A DNA stretch of 64,000 nt from Eledone cirrhosa (Eukaryota). The translations under genes were made by a program, and so were the position numbers. The stretch lies in assembly GCA_964016885.1 (NCBI GenBank), contig CAXHJY010000096.1, forward strand, positions 806,001-870,000, in the 5' to 3' direction. Of the stretch, positions 38,631 through 51,230 are shown one piece after another (position 1 is the first letter of the stretch; the number at the start of each line of letters is the position of its first letter). A model generated the notes under the pieces. The model was not told the origin of the DNA. It made no database searches and saw nothing but the letters and a program-made list of their open reading frames with translations.

Positions 38631-41600
38631 GAGATAATTTGTAAAAAAAATCAAGGGGAGATAATTTCCAGCCGTCCAAGGGGAGGTAATATCTAGCCGT
38701 CCAAGGGTAGATAATTTCCAGCCGTCCAACGGGAGATAATTTCCAGCCGTCCAAGGGTAGATAATATCCAGCCGCCCAAGGACATATTTTCCAGCCGTCC
38801 AAGGAGAGGTAATTTCTAGCCGTCCAAGGGGAGATAATTTCCAGCCGTCCAAGGGTAGATAATATCCAGCCGTCCAAGGACATATTTTCCAGCCGTCCAA
38901 GGAGAGGTAATTTCTAGCCGTCCAAGGGGAGATAAATTCCAGCCTCCAAGGGGAGATAATTTCCAGCCAGCCAAGGGGAGATAATTTGTAAAAAAATCAG
39001 GGGGAGATAATTTGTAAAAAAAATCAGGGGGAGATAATTTGTAAAAAAAAATCAGGGGGAGATAATTTGTAAAAAAAAATCAGGGTGAGATAATTTGCAA
39101 AAAAAATCAGGGGGAGATAATTTGTAAAAGAAAATCAGGGGTAGATAATTTGTAAAAAAAAATCAGGGGGAGATAATTTGTAAAAAAAAATCAGGGGGAG
39201 ATAATTTGTAAAAAAAATCAAGGGGAGATAATTTCCAGCCGTCCAAGGAGAGATAATTTAAAAAAAAATCAGGCGGAGATAATTTGTAAAAAAAAATCAG
39301 GGGGAGATAATTTGTAAAAAAAATCAGGGGGAGATAATTTGTAAAAAAAAATCAGGGGTAGATAATTTGTAAAAAAAAATCAGGGGGAGATAATTTGTAA
39401 AAAAAAATCAGGAGGAGATAATTTGTAAAAAAAATCAAGGGGAGATAATTTCCAGCCGTCCAAGGAGAGATAATTTAAAAAAAAATCAGGCGGAGATAAT
39501 TTGTAAAAAAAAATCAGGGGGAGATAATTTGTAAAAAAAAATCAGGGGGAGATAATTTGTAAAAAAAATCAAGGGGAGATAATTTCCAGCCGTCCAAGGG
39601 GAGATAATTTTCAGCCGTCCAAGGGGAGATAATTTCCCGCCAGCCAAGGGAAGATAATATTCAAAAAAATCAGGCGGAGATAATTTGTAAAAAAAATCAG
39701 GGGGAGATAATTTGTAAAAAAATCAGGGGGAGATAATTTGTAAAAAAAAAAATCAGGGGGAGATAATTTGTAAAAAAAATCAGGGGGAGATAATTTGTAA
39801 AAAAAATCAGGGGTAGATAATTTGTAAAAAAAAATCAGGGGGAGATAATTTGTAAAAAAAAATCAGGGGGAGATAATTTGTAAAAAAAATGAAAGGGGAG
39901 ATAATATCCAGCCGTCCAAGGGGAGATAATTTCCAGCCGTCCAAGGGGAGATAATTTCCAGCCGTCCAAGGGGAGATAAATTCCATCCTTCCAAGGGGAT
40001 ATAATTTCCAGCCGTCCAAGGGGAGATAATTTCCATCCTTCCAAGGGGATATAATTTCCAGCCGTCCAAGGGGAGATAATTTTCAGCCGTCCAAGGAGAG
40101 GTAATTTCTAGCCGTCCAAGGAGAGATAATTTCCAGCCGTCCAAGGGGAGATAATTTCCAGCCGTCCAAGGGGAGATAATTTCCAGCCGTCCAAGGAGAC
40201 ATATTTTCCAGCCGTCCAAGGAGAGGTAATTCCTAGCCGTCCAAGGGGAGATAAATTCCAGCCTCCAAGGGGAGATAATTTCCAGCCAGCCAAGGGGAGA
40301 TAATTTGTAAAAAAAATCAGGGGGAGATAATTTGTAAAAAAAATCAGGGGGAGATAATTTGTAAAAAAAAATCAGGGGTAGATAATTTGTAAAAAATAAT
40401 CAGGGGGAGATAATTTGTAAAAAAAATCAAGGGGAGATAATTTCCAGCCGTCCAAGGGGAGATAATTTTCAGCCGTCCAAGGGGAGATAATTTCCCGCCA
40501 GCCAAGGGAAGATAATATTTAAAAAAATTAGGCGGAGATAATTTGTAAAAAAAATCAGGGGGAGATAATTTGTAAAAAAATCAGGGGGAGATAATTTGTA
40601 AAAAAAATCAGGGGGAGATAATTTGTAAAAAAAATCAGGGGGAGATAATTTGTAAAAAAAAATCAGGGGGAGATAATTTGTAAAAAAAATCAAGGGGAGA
40701 TAATTTCCAGCCGTCCAAGGGAAGATAATTTCCAGCCCTCCAAGGGGCTATAATTTCCAGCGTCCAAGGGGAGATAATTTCCAGCCAGCGAAGGGGAGAT
40801 AATTTTTTTAAAAAAATCATTGGGAGATTTGTAAAAAAAATCAGGGGGAGATAATTTGTAAAAAAAATCAAGGGGAGATAATTTCCAGCCGTCCAAGGGG
40901 AGGTAATATCTAGCCGTCCAAGGGGAGATAATTTCCAGCCGTCCAAGGGGAGATAATTTCCAGCCGTCCAAGGGTAGATAATATCCAGCCGTCCAAGGAC
41001 ATATTTTCCAGCCGTCCAAGGAGAGGTAATTTCTAGCCGTCCAAGGGGAGATAAATTCCAGCCTCCAAGGTGAGATAATTTCCAGCCAGCCAAGGGGAGA
41101 TAATTTGTAAAAAAATCAGGGGGAGATAATTTGTAAAAAAAATCAGGGGGAGATAATTTGTAAAAAAAAATCAGGGGGAGATAATTTGTAAAAAAAAATC
41201 AGGGGGAGATAATTTGTAAAAAAAAATCAGGGGGAGATAATTTGTAAAAAAATCAAGGGGAGATAATTTGTAAAAAGAATCAGGGGGAGATAATTTGTAA
41301 AAAAAAATCAGGGGTAGATAAATTGTAAAAAAAAATCAGGGGGAGATAATTTGTAAAAAAAATCAGGGGGAGATAATTTGTAAAAAAAATGAAAGGGGAG
41401 ATAATATCCAGCCGTCCAAGGGGAGATAATTTCCAGCCGTCCAAGGGGAGATAATTTCCAGCCGTCCAAGGGGAGATAATTTCCATCCTTCCAAGGGGAT
41501 ATAATTTCCAGCCGTCCAAGGGGAGATAATTTCCCGCCAGCCAAGGGAAGATAATTTTTAAAAAAATCAGGCGGAGATTGTAAAAAAATCAGGGGGGAGA

Positions 41601-41680
41601 TAATTTGTAAAAAAATCAGGGGAAGATAATTTGTAAAAAAAAATCAGGGGGAGATAATTTGTAAAAAATAATCAGGGGGA
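34230..41680. repeat. ~7.4 kb duplication, copy 1 (matches ~43890-51230, offset 9661 stepping down to 9552)
   Basis: ORF pairs 34443/44104 and 35691/45352 (offset 9661); 37898/47450, 39807/49359 and 41280/50832 (offset 9552). Shared rare variants: GGGCGAGATAAT (~34419/~44080), CAGTCGGAGA (~35311/~44972), CAGCTAGCC (~35741/~45402), TTCTAGTGTCC (~38538/~48090), GTAAAAGAAAATC (~39124/~48676). Confidence 0.92.
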
Positions 41681-43889
41681 GATAATTTGTAAAAAAAAAT
41701 CAAGGGGAGATAATTTCCAGCCGTCCAAGGGGAGATAATTTCCCGCCAGCCAAGGGAAGATAATATTTAAAAAAATTAGGCGGAGATAATTTGTAAAAAA
41801 AATCAGGGGGAGATAATTTGTAAAAAAATCAGGGGGAGATAATTTGTAAAAAAAAATCAGGGGTAGATAATTTGTAAAAAAAAATCAGGGGGAGATAATT
41901 TGTAAAAAAAAATCAGGGGGAGATAATTTGTAAAAAAAATCAAGGGGAGATAATTTCCAGCCGTCCAAGGGGAGATAATTTTCAGCCCTCCAAGGGGCTA
42001 TAATTTCCAGCGTCCAAGGGGAGATAATTTCCAGCCAGCGAAGAGGAGATAATTTTTTTAAAAAAATCATTGGGAGATTTGTAAAAAAAATCAGGGGGAG
42101 ATAATTTGTAAAAAAAATCAAGGGGAGATAATTTCCAGCCGTCCAAGGGGAGGTAATATCTAGCCGTCCAAGGGTAGATAATTTCCAGCCGTCCAACGGG
42201 AGATAATTTCCAGCCGTCCAAGGGTAGATAATATCCAGCCGCCCAAGGACATATTTTCCAGCCGTCCAAGGAGAGGTAATTTCTAGCCGTCCAAGGGGAG
42301 ATAATTTCCAGCCGTCCAAGGGTAGATAATATCCAGCCGTCCAAGGACATATTTTCCAGCCGTCCAAGGAGAGGTAATTTCTAGCCGTCCAAGGGGAGAT
42401 AAATTCCAGCCTCCAAGGGGAGATAATTTCCAGCCAGCCAAGGGGAGATAATTTGTAAAAAAATCAGGGGGAGATAATTTGTAAAAAAAATCAGGGGGAG
42501 ATAATTTGTAAAAAAAAATCAGGGGGAGATAATTTGTAAAAAAAAATCAGGGTGAGATAATTTGCAAAAAAAATCAGGGGGAGATAATTTGTAAAAAAAA
42601 ATCAGGGGTAGATAATTTGTAAAAAAAAATCAGGGGGAGATAATTTGTAAAAAAAAATCAGGGGGAGATAATATGTAAAAAAAATCAAGGGGAGATAATT
42701 TCCAGCCGTCCAAGGAGAGATAATTTAAAAAAAAATCAGGCGGAGATAATTTGTAAAAAAAAATCAGGGGGAGATAATTTGTAAAAAAAATCAGGGGGAG
42801 ATAATTTGTAAAAAAAAATCAGGGGTAGATAATTTGTAAAAAAAAATCAGGGGGAGATAATTTGTAAAAAAAAATCAGGAGGAGATAATTTGTAAAAAAA
42901 ATCAAGGGGAGATAATTTCCAGCCGTCCAAGGAGAGATAATTTAAAAAAAAATCAGGCGGAGATAATTTGTAAAAAAAAATCAGGGGGAGATAATTTGTA
43001 AAAAAAAATCAGGGGGAGATAATTTGTAAAAAAAATCAAGGGGAGATAATTTCCAGCCGTCCAAGGGGAGATAATTTTCAGCCGTCCAAGGGGAGATAAT
43101 TTCCCGCCAGCCAAGGGAAGATAATATTCAAAAAAATCAGGCGGAGATAATTTGTAAAAAAAATCAGGGGGAGATAATTTGTAAAAAAATCAGGGGGAGA
43201 TAATTTGTAAAAAAAAAAATCAGGGGGAGATAATTTGTAAAAAAAATCAGGGGGAGATAATTTGTAAAAAAAATCAGGGGTAGATAATTTGTAAAAAAAA
43301 ATCAGGGGGAGATAATTTGTAAAAAAAAATCAGGGGGAGATAATTTGTAAAAAAAATGAAAGGGGAGATAATATCCAGCCGTCCAAGGGGAGATAATTTC
43401 CAGCCGTCCAAGGGGAGATAATTTCCAGCCGTCCAAGGGGAGATAATTTCCATCCTTCCAAGGGGATATAATTTCCAGCCGTCCAAGGGGAGATAATTTC
43501 CATCCTTCCAAGGGGATATAATTTCCAGCCGTCCAAGGGGAGATAATTTTCAGCCGTCCAAGGAGAGGTAATTTCTAGCCGTCCAAGGAGAGATAATTTC
43601 CAGCCGTCCAAGGGGAGATAATTTCCAGCCGTCCAAGGGGAGATAATTTCCAGCCGTCCAAGGAGACATATTTTCCAGCCGTCCAAGGAGAGGTAATTCC
43701 TAGCCGTCCAAGGGGAGATAAATTCCAGCCTCCAAGGGGAGATAATTTCCAGCCAGCCAAGGGGAGATAATTTGTAAAAAAAATCAGGGGGAGATAATTT
43801 GTAAAAAAAATCAGGGGGAGATAATTTGTAAAAAAAAATCAGGGGTAGATAATTTGTAAAAAATAATCAGGGGGAGATAATTTGTAAAA

Positions 43890-46800
43890 AAAATCAAGGG
43901 GAGATAATTTCCAGCCGTCCAAGGGGAGATAATTTTCAGCCGTCCAAGGGGAGATAATTTCCCGCCAGCCAAGGGAAGATAATATTTGAAAAAATCAGGC
44001 GGAGATAATTTGTAAAAAAAATCAGGGGGAGATAATTTGTAAAAAAATCAGGGGGAGATAATTTGTAAAAAAAAAATCAGGGCGAGATAATTTGTAAAAA
44101 GAATCAGGGGGAGATAATTTGTAAAAAAAAATCAGGGGTAGATAAATTGTAAAAAAAAATCAGGGGGAGATAATTTGTAAAAAAAATCAGGGGGAGATAA
44201 TTTGTAAAAAAAATGAAAGGGGAGATAATATCCAGCCGTCCAAGGGGAGATAATTTCCAGCCGTCCAAGGGGAGATAATTTCCAGCCGTCCAAGGGGAGA
44301 TAATTTCCATCCTTCCAAGGGGATATAATTTCCAGCCGTCCAAGGGGAGATAATTTCCCGCCAGCCAAGGGAAGATAATTTTTAAAAAAATCAGGCGGAG
44401 ATTGTAAAAAAAATCAGGGGGGAGATAATTTGTAAAAAAATCAGGGGGAGATAATTTGTAAAAAAAAATCAGGGGGAGATAATTTGTAAAAAATATTCAG
44501 GGGGAGATAATTTGTAAAAAAAATCAAGGGGAGATAATTTCCAGCCGTCCAAGGGGAGATAATTTCCCGCCAGCCAAGGGAAGATAATATTTAAAAAAAT
44601 TAGGCGGAGATAATTTGTAAAAAAAATCAGGGGGAGATAATTTGTAAAAAAATCAGGGGGAGATAATTTGTAAAAAAAATCAGGGGGAGATAATTTGTAA
44701 AAAAATTCATGGGGAGATAATTTGTAAAAAAAAATCAGGGGTAGATAATTTGTAAAAAAAAATCAGGGGGAGATAATTTGTAAAAAAAAATCAGGGGGAG
44801 ATAATTTGTAAAAAAAATCAAGGGGAGATAATTTCCAGCCGTCCAAGGGGAGATAATTTTCAGCCGTCCAAGGAGAGGTAATTTCTAGCCGTCCAAGGGG
44901 AGATAATTTCCAGCCGTCCAAGGGGAGGTAATTTCCAGCCGTCCAAGGGGAGATAATTTAAAAAAAAAAATCAGTCGGAGATAATTTGTAAAAAAAATCA
45001 AGGGGAGATAATTTGCAGCCGTCCAAGGGGAGATAATTTTCAGTCGTCCAAGGAGAGGTAATTTCTAGCCGTCCAAGGGGAGATAATTGCCAGCCGTCCA
45101 AGGGGAGATAATTTCCAGCCGTCCAAGGGGAGATAATTTTTTTTAAAAAATCAGGCGGAGATAATTTGTAAAAAAAATCAGGGGGAGATAATTTGTAAAC
45201 AAAATCAGGGGGAGATAATTTGTAAAAAAAAATCAGGGGGAGATAATTTGTAAAAAAAATCATGGAGAGATAATTTCCAGCCGTCCAAGGTGAGATAATT
45301 TCCAGCCGTCCAAGGAGACATATTTTCCAGCCGTCCAAGGCGAGGTAATTTCTAGCCGTCCAAGGGGAGATAAATTCCAGCCTCCAAGGGGAGATAATTT
45401 CCAGCTAGCCAAGTGGAGATAATTTGTAAAAAAATCAGGGGGAGATAATTTGTAAAAAATATCAGGGAGATAATTTGTAAAAAAAAATCAGGGGGAGATA
45501 ATTTGTAAAAAAAATCAGGGGGAGATAATTTGTAAAAAAAAATCAGGGGGAGATAATTTGTAAAAAAAATCAAGGGGAGATAATTTCCAGCCGTCCAAGG
45601 GGAGATAATTTTCAGCCGTCCAAGGGGAGATAATTTCCCGCCAGCCAAGGGAAGATAATATTTAAAAAAATCAGGCGGAGATAATTTGTAAAAAAAATCA
45701 GGGGGAGATAATTTGTAAAAAAATCAGGGGGAGATAATTTGTAAAAAAAAAATCAGGGGGAGATAATTTGTAAAAAAAATCAGGGGGAGATAATTTGTAA
45801 AAAAAAATCAGGGATAGATAATTTGTAAACAAAAATCAGGGGGAGATAATTTGTAAAAAAAAATCAGGGGGAGATAATTTGTAAAAAAAATGAAAGGGGA
45901 GATAATATCCAGCCGTCCAAGGGGAGATAATTTCCAGCCGTCCAAGGGGATATAATTTCCAGCCGTCCAAGGGGAGATAATTTCCATCCTTCCAAGGGGA
46001 TATAATTTCCAGCCGTCCAAGGGGAGATAATTTCCCGCCAGCCAAGGGAAGATAATTTTTAAAAAAATCAGGCGGAGATTGTAAAAAAATTCAAGGGGAG
46101 ATAATTTCCAGCCGTCCAAGGGGAGATAATTTCCCGCCAGCCAAGGGAAGATAATATTTAAAAAAATTAGGCGGAGATAATTTGTAAAAAAAATCAGGGG
46201 GAGATAATTTGTAAAAAAATCAGGGGGAGATAATTTGTAAAAAAAATCAGGGGGAGATAATTTGTAAAAAAAATCATGGGGAGATAATTTGTAAAAAAAA
46301 ATCAGGGGTAGATAATTTGTAAAAAAAAATCAGGGGGAGATAATTTGTAAAAAAAAATCAGGGGGAGATAATTTGTAAAAAAATCAAGGGGAGATAATAT
46401 CCAGCCGTCCAAGGAGAGATAATTTAAAAAAAAAATGAGGCGGGGATAATTTGTAAAAAAAAAATCAGGGGGAGTTAATTTGTAAAAAAAAATGAGGGGG
46501 AGATAATTTGTAAAAAAAATCAAGGGGAGATAATTTCCAGCCGTCCAAGGGGAGATAATTTTCAGCCGTCCAAGGAGAGGTAATTTCTAGCCGTCCAAGG
46601 GGAGATAATTTCCAGCCGTCCAAGGGGAGGTAATTTCCAGCCGTCCAAGGGGAGATAATTTTTAAAAAAAAATCAGGCGGAGATAATTTGTAAAAAAAAT
46701 CAAGGGGAGATAATTTGCAGCCGTCCAAGGGGAGATAATTTTCAGTCGTCCAAGGAGAGGTAATTTCTAGCCGTCCAAGGGGAGATAATTTCCAGCCGTC

Positions 46801-49800
46801 CAAGGGGAGATAATTTCCAGCCGTCCAAGGGGAGATAATTTTTTTTAAAAAATCAGGCGGAGATAATTTGTAAAAAAAATCAGGGGGAGATAATTTGTAA
46901 ACAAAATCAGGGGGAGATAATTTGTAAAAAAAAATCAGGGGGAGATAATTTGTAAAAAAAATTAGGCGTAGATAATTTGTAAAAAAAAATCAGGGGGAGA
47001 TAATTTGTAAAAAAAAATCAGGGGGAGATAATTTGTTTAAAAAATCAAGGGGAGATAATTTGCAGCCGTCCAAGGGGAGATAATTTTCAGCCGTCCAAGA
47101 AGAGGTAATTTCTAGCCGTTCAAGGGGAGATAATTTCCAGCCGTCCAAGGGGAGATAATTTTTTTTAAAAAATCAGGCGGAGATAATTTGTAAAAAAAAA
47201 TCAGGGGGAGATAATTCGTAAAAAAAATCAGGGGGAGATAATTTGTAAAAAAAAATCAGGGGGAGATAATTTGTAAAAAAAATCAAGGGGAGATAATTTC
47301 CAGCCGTCCAAGGGGAGGTAATATCTAGCCGTCCAAGGGGAGATAATTTCCAGCCGTCCAAGGGGAGATAATTTCCAGCCGTCCAAGGGGAGATAATTTC
47401 CAGCCGTCCAAGGAGACATATTTTCCAGCCGTCCAAGGCGAGGTAATTTCTAGCCGTCCAAGGGGAGATTAATTCCAGCCTCCAAGGGGAGATAATTTCC
47501 AGCCAGCCAAGGGGAGATAATTTGTAAAAAAATCAGGGGGAGATAATTTGTAAAAAATATCAGGGAGATAATTTGTAAAAAAAAATCAGGGGGAGATAAT
47601 TTGTAAAAAAAATCAGGGGGAGATAATTTGTAAAAAAAAATCAGGGGGAGATAATTTGTAAAAAAAATCAAGGGGAGATAATTTCCAGCCGTCCAAGGGG
47701 AGATAATTTTCAGCCGTCCAAGGAGAGGTAATTTCTAACCGTCCGAGGAGAGATAATTTCCAGCCGTCCAAGGGGAGATAATTTCCAGCCGTCCAAGGGG
47801 AGATAATTTCCAGCCGTCCAAGGAGACATATTTTCCAGCCGTCCAAGGAGAGGTAATTTCTAGCCGTCCAAGGGGAGATAAATTCCAGCCTCCAAGGGGA
47901 GATAATTTCCAGCCAGCCAAGGGGAGATAATTTGTAAAAAAATCAGGGGGAGATAATTTGCAAAAAAAATCAGGGGGAGATAATTTGTAAAAAAAATCAG
48001 GGGGAGATAATTTGTAAAAAATAATCAGGGGGAGATAATTTCCAGCCGTCCAAGGGAAGATAATTTCCAGCCCTCCAAGGGGCTATAATTTCTAGTGTCC
48101 AAGGGGAGATAATTTCCAGCCAGCGAAGGGGAGATAATTTTTTTTAAAAAATCATTGGGAGATTTGTAAAAAAAATCAGGGGGAGATAATTTGTAAAAAA
48201 AATCAAGGGGAGATAATTTCCAGCCGTCCAAGGGGAGGTAATATCTAGCCGTCCAAGGGTAGATAATTTCCAGCCGTCCAACGGGAGATAATTTCCAGCC
48301 GTCCAAGGGTAGATAATATCCAGCCGCCCAAGGACATATTTTCCAGCCGTCCAAGGAGAGGTAATTTCTAGCCGTCCAAGGGGAGATAATTTCCAGCCGT
48401 CCAAGGGTAGATAATATCCAGCCGTCCAAGGACATATTTTCCAGCCGTCCAAGGAGAGGTAATTTCTAGCCGTCCAAGGGGAGATAAATTCCAGCCTCCA
48501 AGGGGAGATAATTTCCAGCCAGCCAAGGGGAGATAATTTGTAAAAAAATCAGGGGGAGATAATTTGTAAAAAAAATCAGGGGGAGATAATTTGTAAAAAA
48601 AAATCAGGGGGAGATAATTTGTAAAAAAAAATCAGGGTGAGATAATTTGCAAAAAAAATCAGGGGGAGATAATTTGTAAAAGAAAATCAGGGGTAGATAA
48701 TTTGTAAAAAAAAATCAGGGGGAGATAATTTGTAAAAAAAAATCAGGGGGAGATAATTTGTAAAAAAAATCAAGGGGAGATAATTTCCAGCCGTCCAAGG
48801 AGAGATAATTTAAAAAAAAATCAGGCGGAGATAATTTGTAAAAAAAAATCAGGGGGAGATAATTTGTAAAAAAAATCAGGGGGAGATAATTTGTAAAAAA
48901 AAATCAGGGGTAGATAATTTGTAAAAAAAAATCAGGGGGAGATAATTTGTAAAAAAAAATCAGGAGGAGATAATTTGTAAAAAAAATCAAGGGGAGATAA
49001 TTTCCAGCCGTCCAAGGAGAGATAATTTAAAAAAAAATCAGGCGGAGATAATTTGTAAAAAAAAATCAGGGGGAGATAATTTGTAAAAAAAAATCAGGGG
49101 GAGATAATTTGTAAAAAAAATCAAGGGGAGATAATTTCCAGCCGTCCAAGGGGAGATAATTTTCAGCCGTCCAAGGGGAGATAATTTCCCGCCAGCCAAG
49201 GGAAGATAATATTCAAAAAAATCAGGCGGAGATAATTTGTAAAAAAAATCAGGGGGAGATAATTTGTAAAAAAATCAGGGGGAGATAATTTGTAAAAAAA
49301 AAAATCAGGGGGAGATAATTTGTAAAAAAAATCAGGGGGAGATAATTTGTAAAAAAAATCAGGGGTAGATAATTTGTAAAAAAAAATCAGGGGGAGATAA
49401 TTTGTAAAAAAAAATCAGGGGGAGATAATTTGTAAAAAAAATGAAAGGGGAGATAATATCCAGCCGTCCAAGGGGAGATAATTTCCAGCCGTCCAAGGGG
49501 AGATAATTTCCAGCCGTCCAAGGGGAGATAAATTCCATCCTTCCAAGGGGATATAATTTCCAGCCGTCCAAGGGGAGATAATTTCCATCCTTCCAAGGGG
49601 ATATAATTTCCAGCCGTCCAAGGGGAGATAATTTTCAGCCGTCCAAGGAGAGGTAATTTCTAGCCGTCCAAGGAGAGATAATTTCCAGCCGTCCAAGGGG
49701 AGATAATTTCCAGCCGTCCAAGGGGAGATAATTTCCAGCCGTCCAAGGAGACATATTTTCCAGCCGTCCAAGGAGAGGTAATTCCTAGCCGTCCAAGGGG

Positions 49801-51230
49801 AGATAAATTCCAGCCTCCAAGGGGAGATAATTTCCAGCCAGCCAAGGGGAGATAATTTGTAAAAAAAATCAGGGGGAGATAATTTGTAAAAAAAATCAGG
49901 GGGAGATAATTTGTAAAAAAAAATCAGGGGTAGATAATTTGTAAAAAATAATCAGGGGGAGATAATTTGTAAAAAAAATCAAGGGGAGATAATTTCCAGC
50001 CGTCCAAGGGGAGATAATTTTCAGCCGTCCAAGGGGAGATAATTTCCCGCCAGCCAAGGGAAGATAATATTTAAAAAAATTAGGCGGAGATAATTTGTAA
50101 AAAAAATCAGGGGGAGATAATTTGTAAAAAAATCAGGGGGAGATAATTTGTAAAAAAAATCAGGGGGAGATAATTTGTAAAAAAAATCAGGGGGAGATAA
50201 TTTGTAAAAAAAAATCAGGGGGAGATAATTTGTAAAAAAAATCAAGGGGAGATAATTTCCAGCCGTCCAAGGGAAGATAATTTCCAGCCCTCCAAGGGGC
50301 TATAATTTCCAGCGTCCAAGGGGAGATAATTTCCAGCCAGCGAAGGGGAGATAATTTTTTTAAAAAAATCATTGGGAGATTTGTAAAAAAAATCAGGGGG
50401 AGATAATTTGTAAAAAAAATCAAGGGGAGATAATTTCCAGCCGTCCAAGGGGAGGTAATATCTAGCCGTCCAAGGGGAGATAATTTCCAGCCGTCCAAGG
50501 GGAGATAATTTCCAGCCGTCCAAGGGTAGATAATATCCAGCCGTCCAAGGACATATTTTCCAGCCGTCCAAGGAGAGGTAATTTCTAGCCGTCCAAGGGG
50601 AGATAAATTCCAGCCTCCAAGGTGAGATAATTTCCAGCCAGCCAAGGGGAGATAATTTGTAAAAAAATCAGGGGGAGATAATTTGTAAAAAAAATCAGGG
50701 GGAGATAATTTGTAAAAAAAAATCAGGGGGAGATAATTTGTAAAAAAAAATCAGGGGGAGATAATTTGTAAAAAAAAATCAGGGGGAGATAATTTGTAAA
50801 AAAATCAAGGGGAGATAATTTGTAAAAAGAATCAGGGGGAGATAATTTGTAAAAAAAAATCAGGGGTAGATAAATTGTAAAAAAAAATCAGGGGGAGATA
50901 ATTTGTAAAAAAAATCAGGGGGAGATAATTTGTAAAAAAAATGAAAGGGGAGATAATATCCAGCCGTCCAAGGGGAGATAATTTCCAGCCGTCCAAGGGG
51001 AGATAATTTCCAGCCGTCCAAGGGGAGATAATTTCCATCCTTCCAAGGGGATATAATTTCCAGCCGTCCAAGGGGAGATAATTTCCCGCCAGCCAAGGGA
51101 AGATAATTTTTAAAAAAATCAGGCGGAGATTGTAAAAAAATCAGGGGGGAGATAATTTGTAAAAAAATCAGGGGAAGATAATTTGTAAAAAAAAATCAGG
51201 GGGAGATAATTTGTAAAAAATAATCAGGGG
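43890..51230. repeat. ~7.3 kb duplication, copy 2 (matches ~34230-41680 with small internal deletions)
   Basis: Same diagnostic variants and offsets as copy 1. An ~82 bp deletion is visible at ~46080 (GGCGGAGATTGTAAAAAAATTCAAGGGG). Confidence 0.92.
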
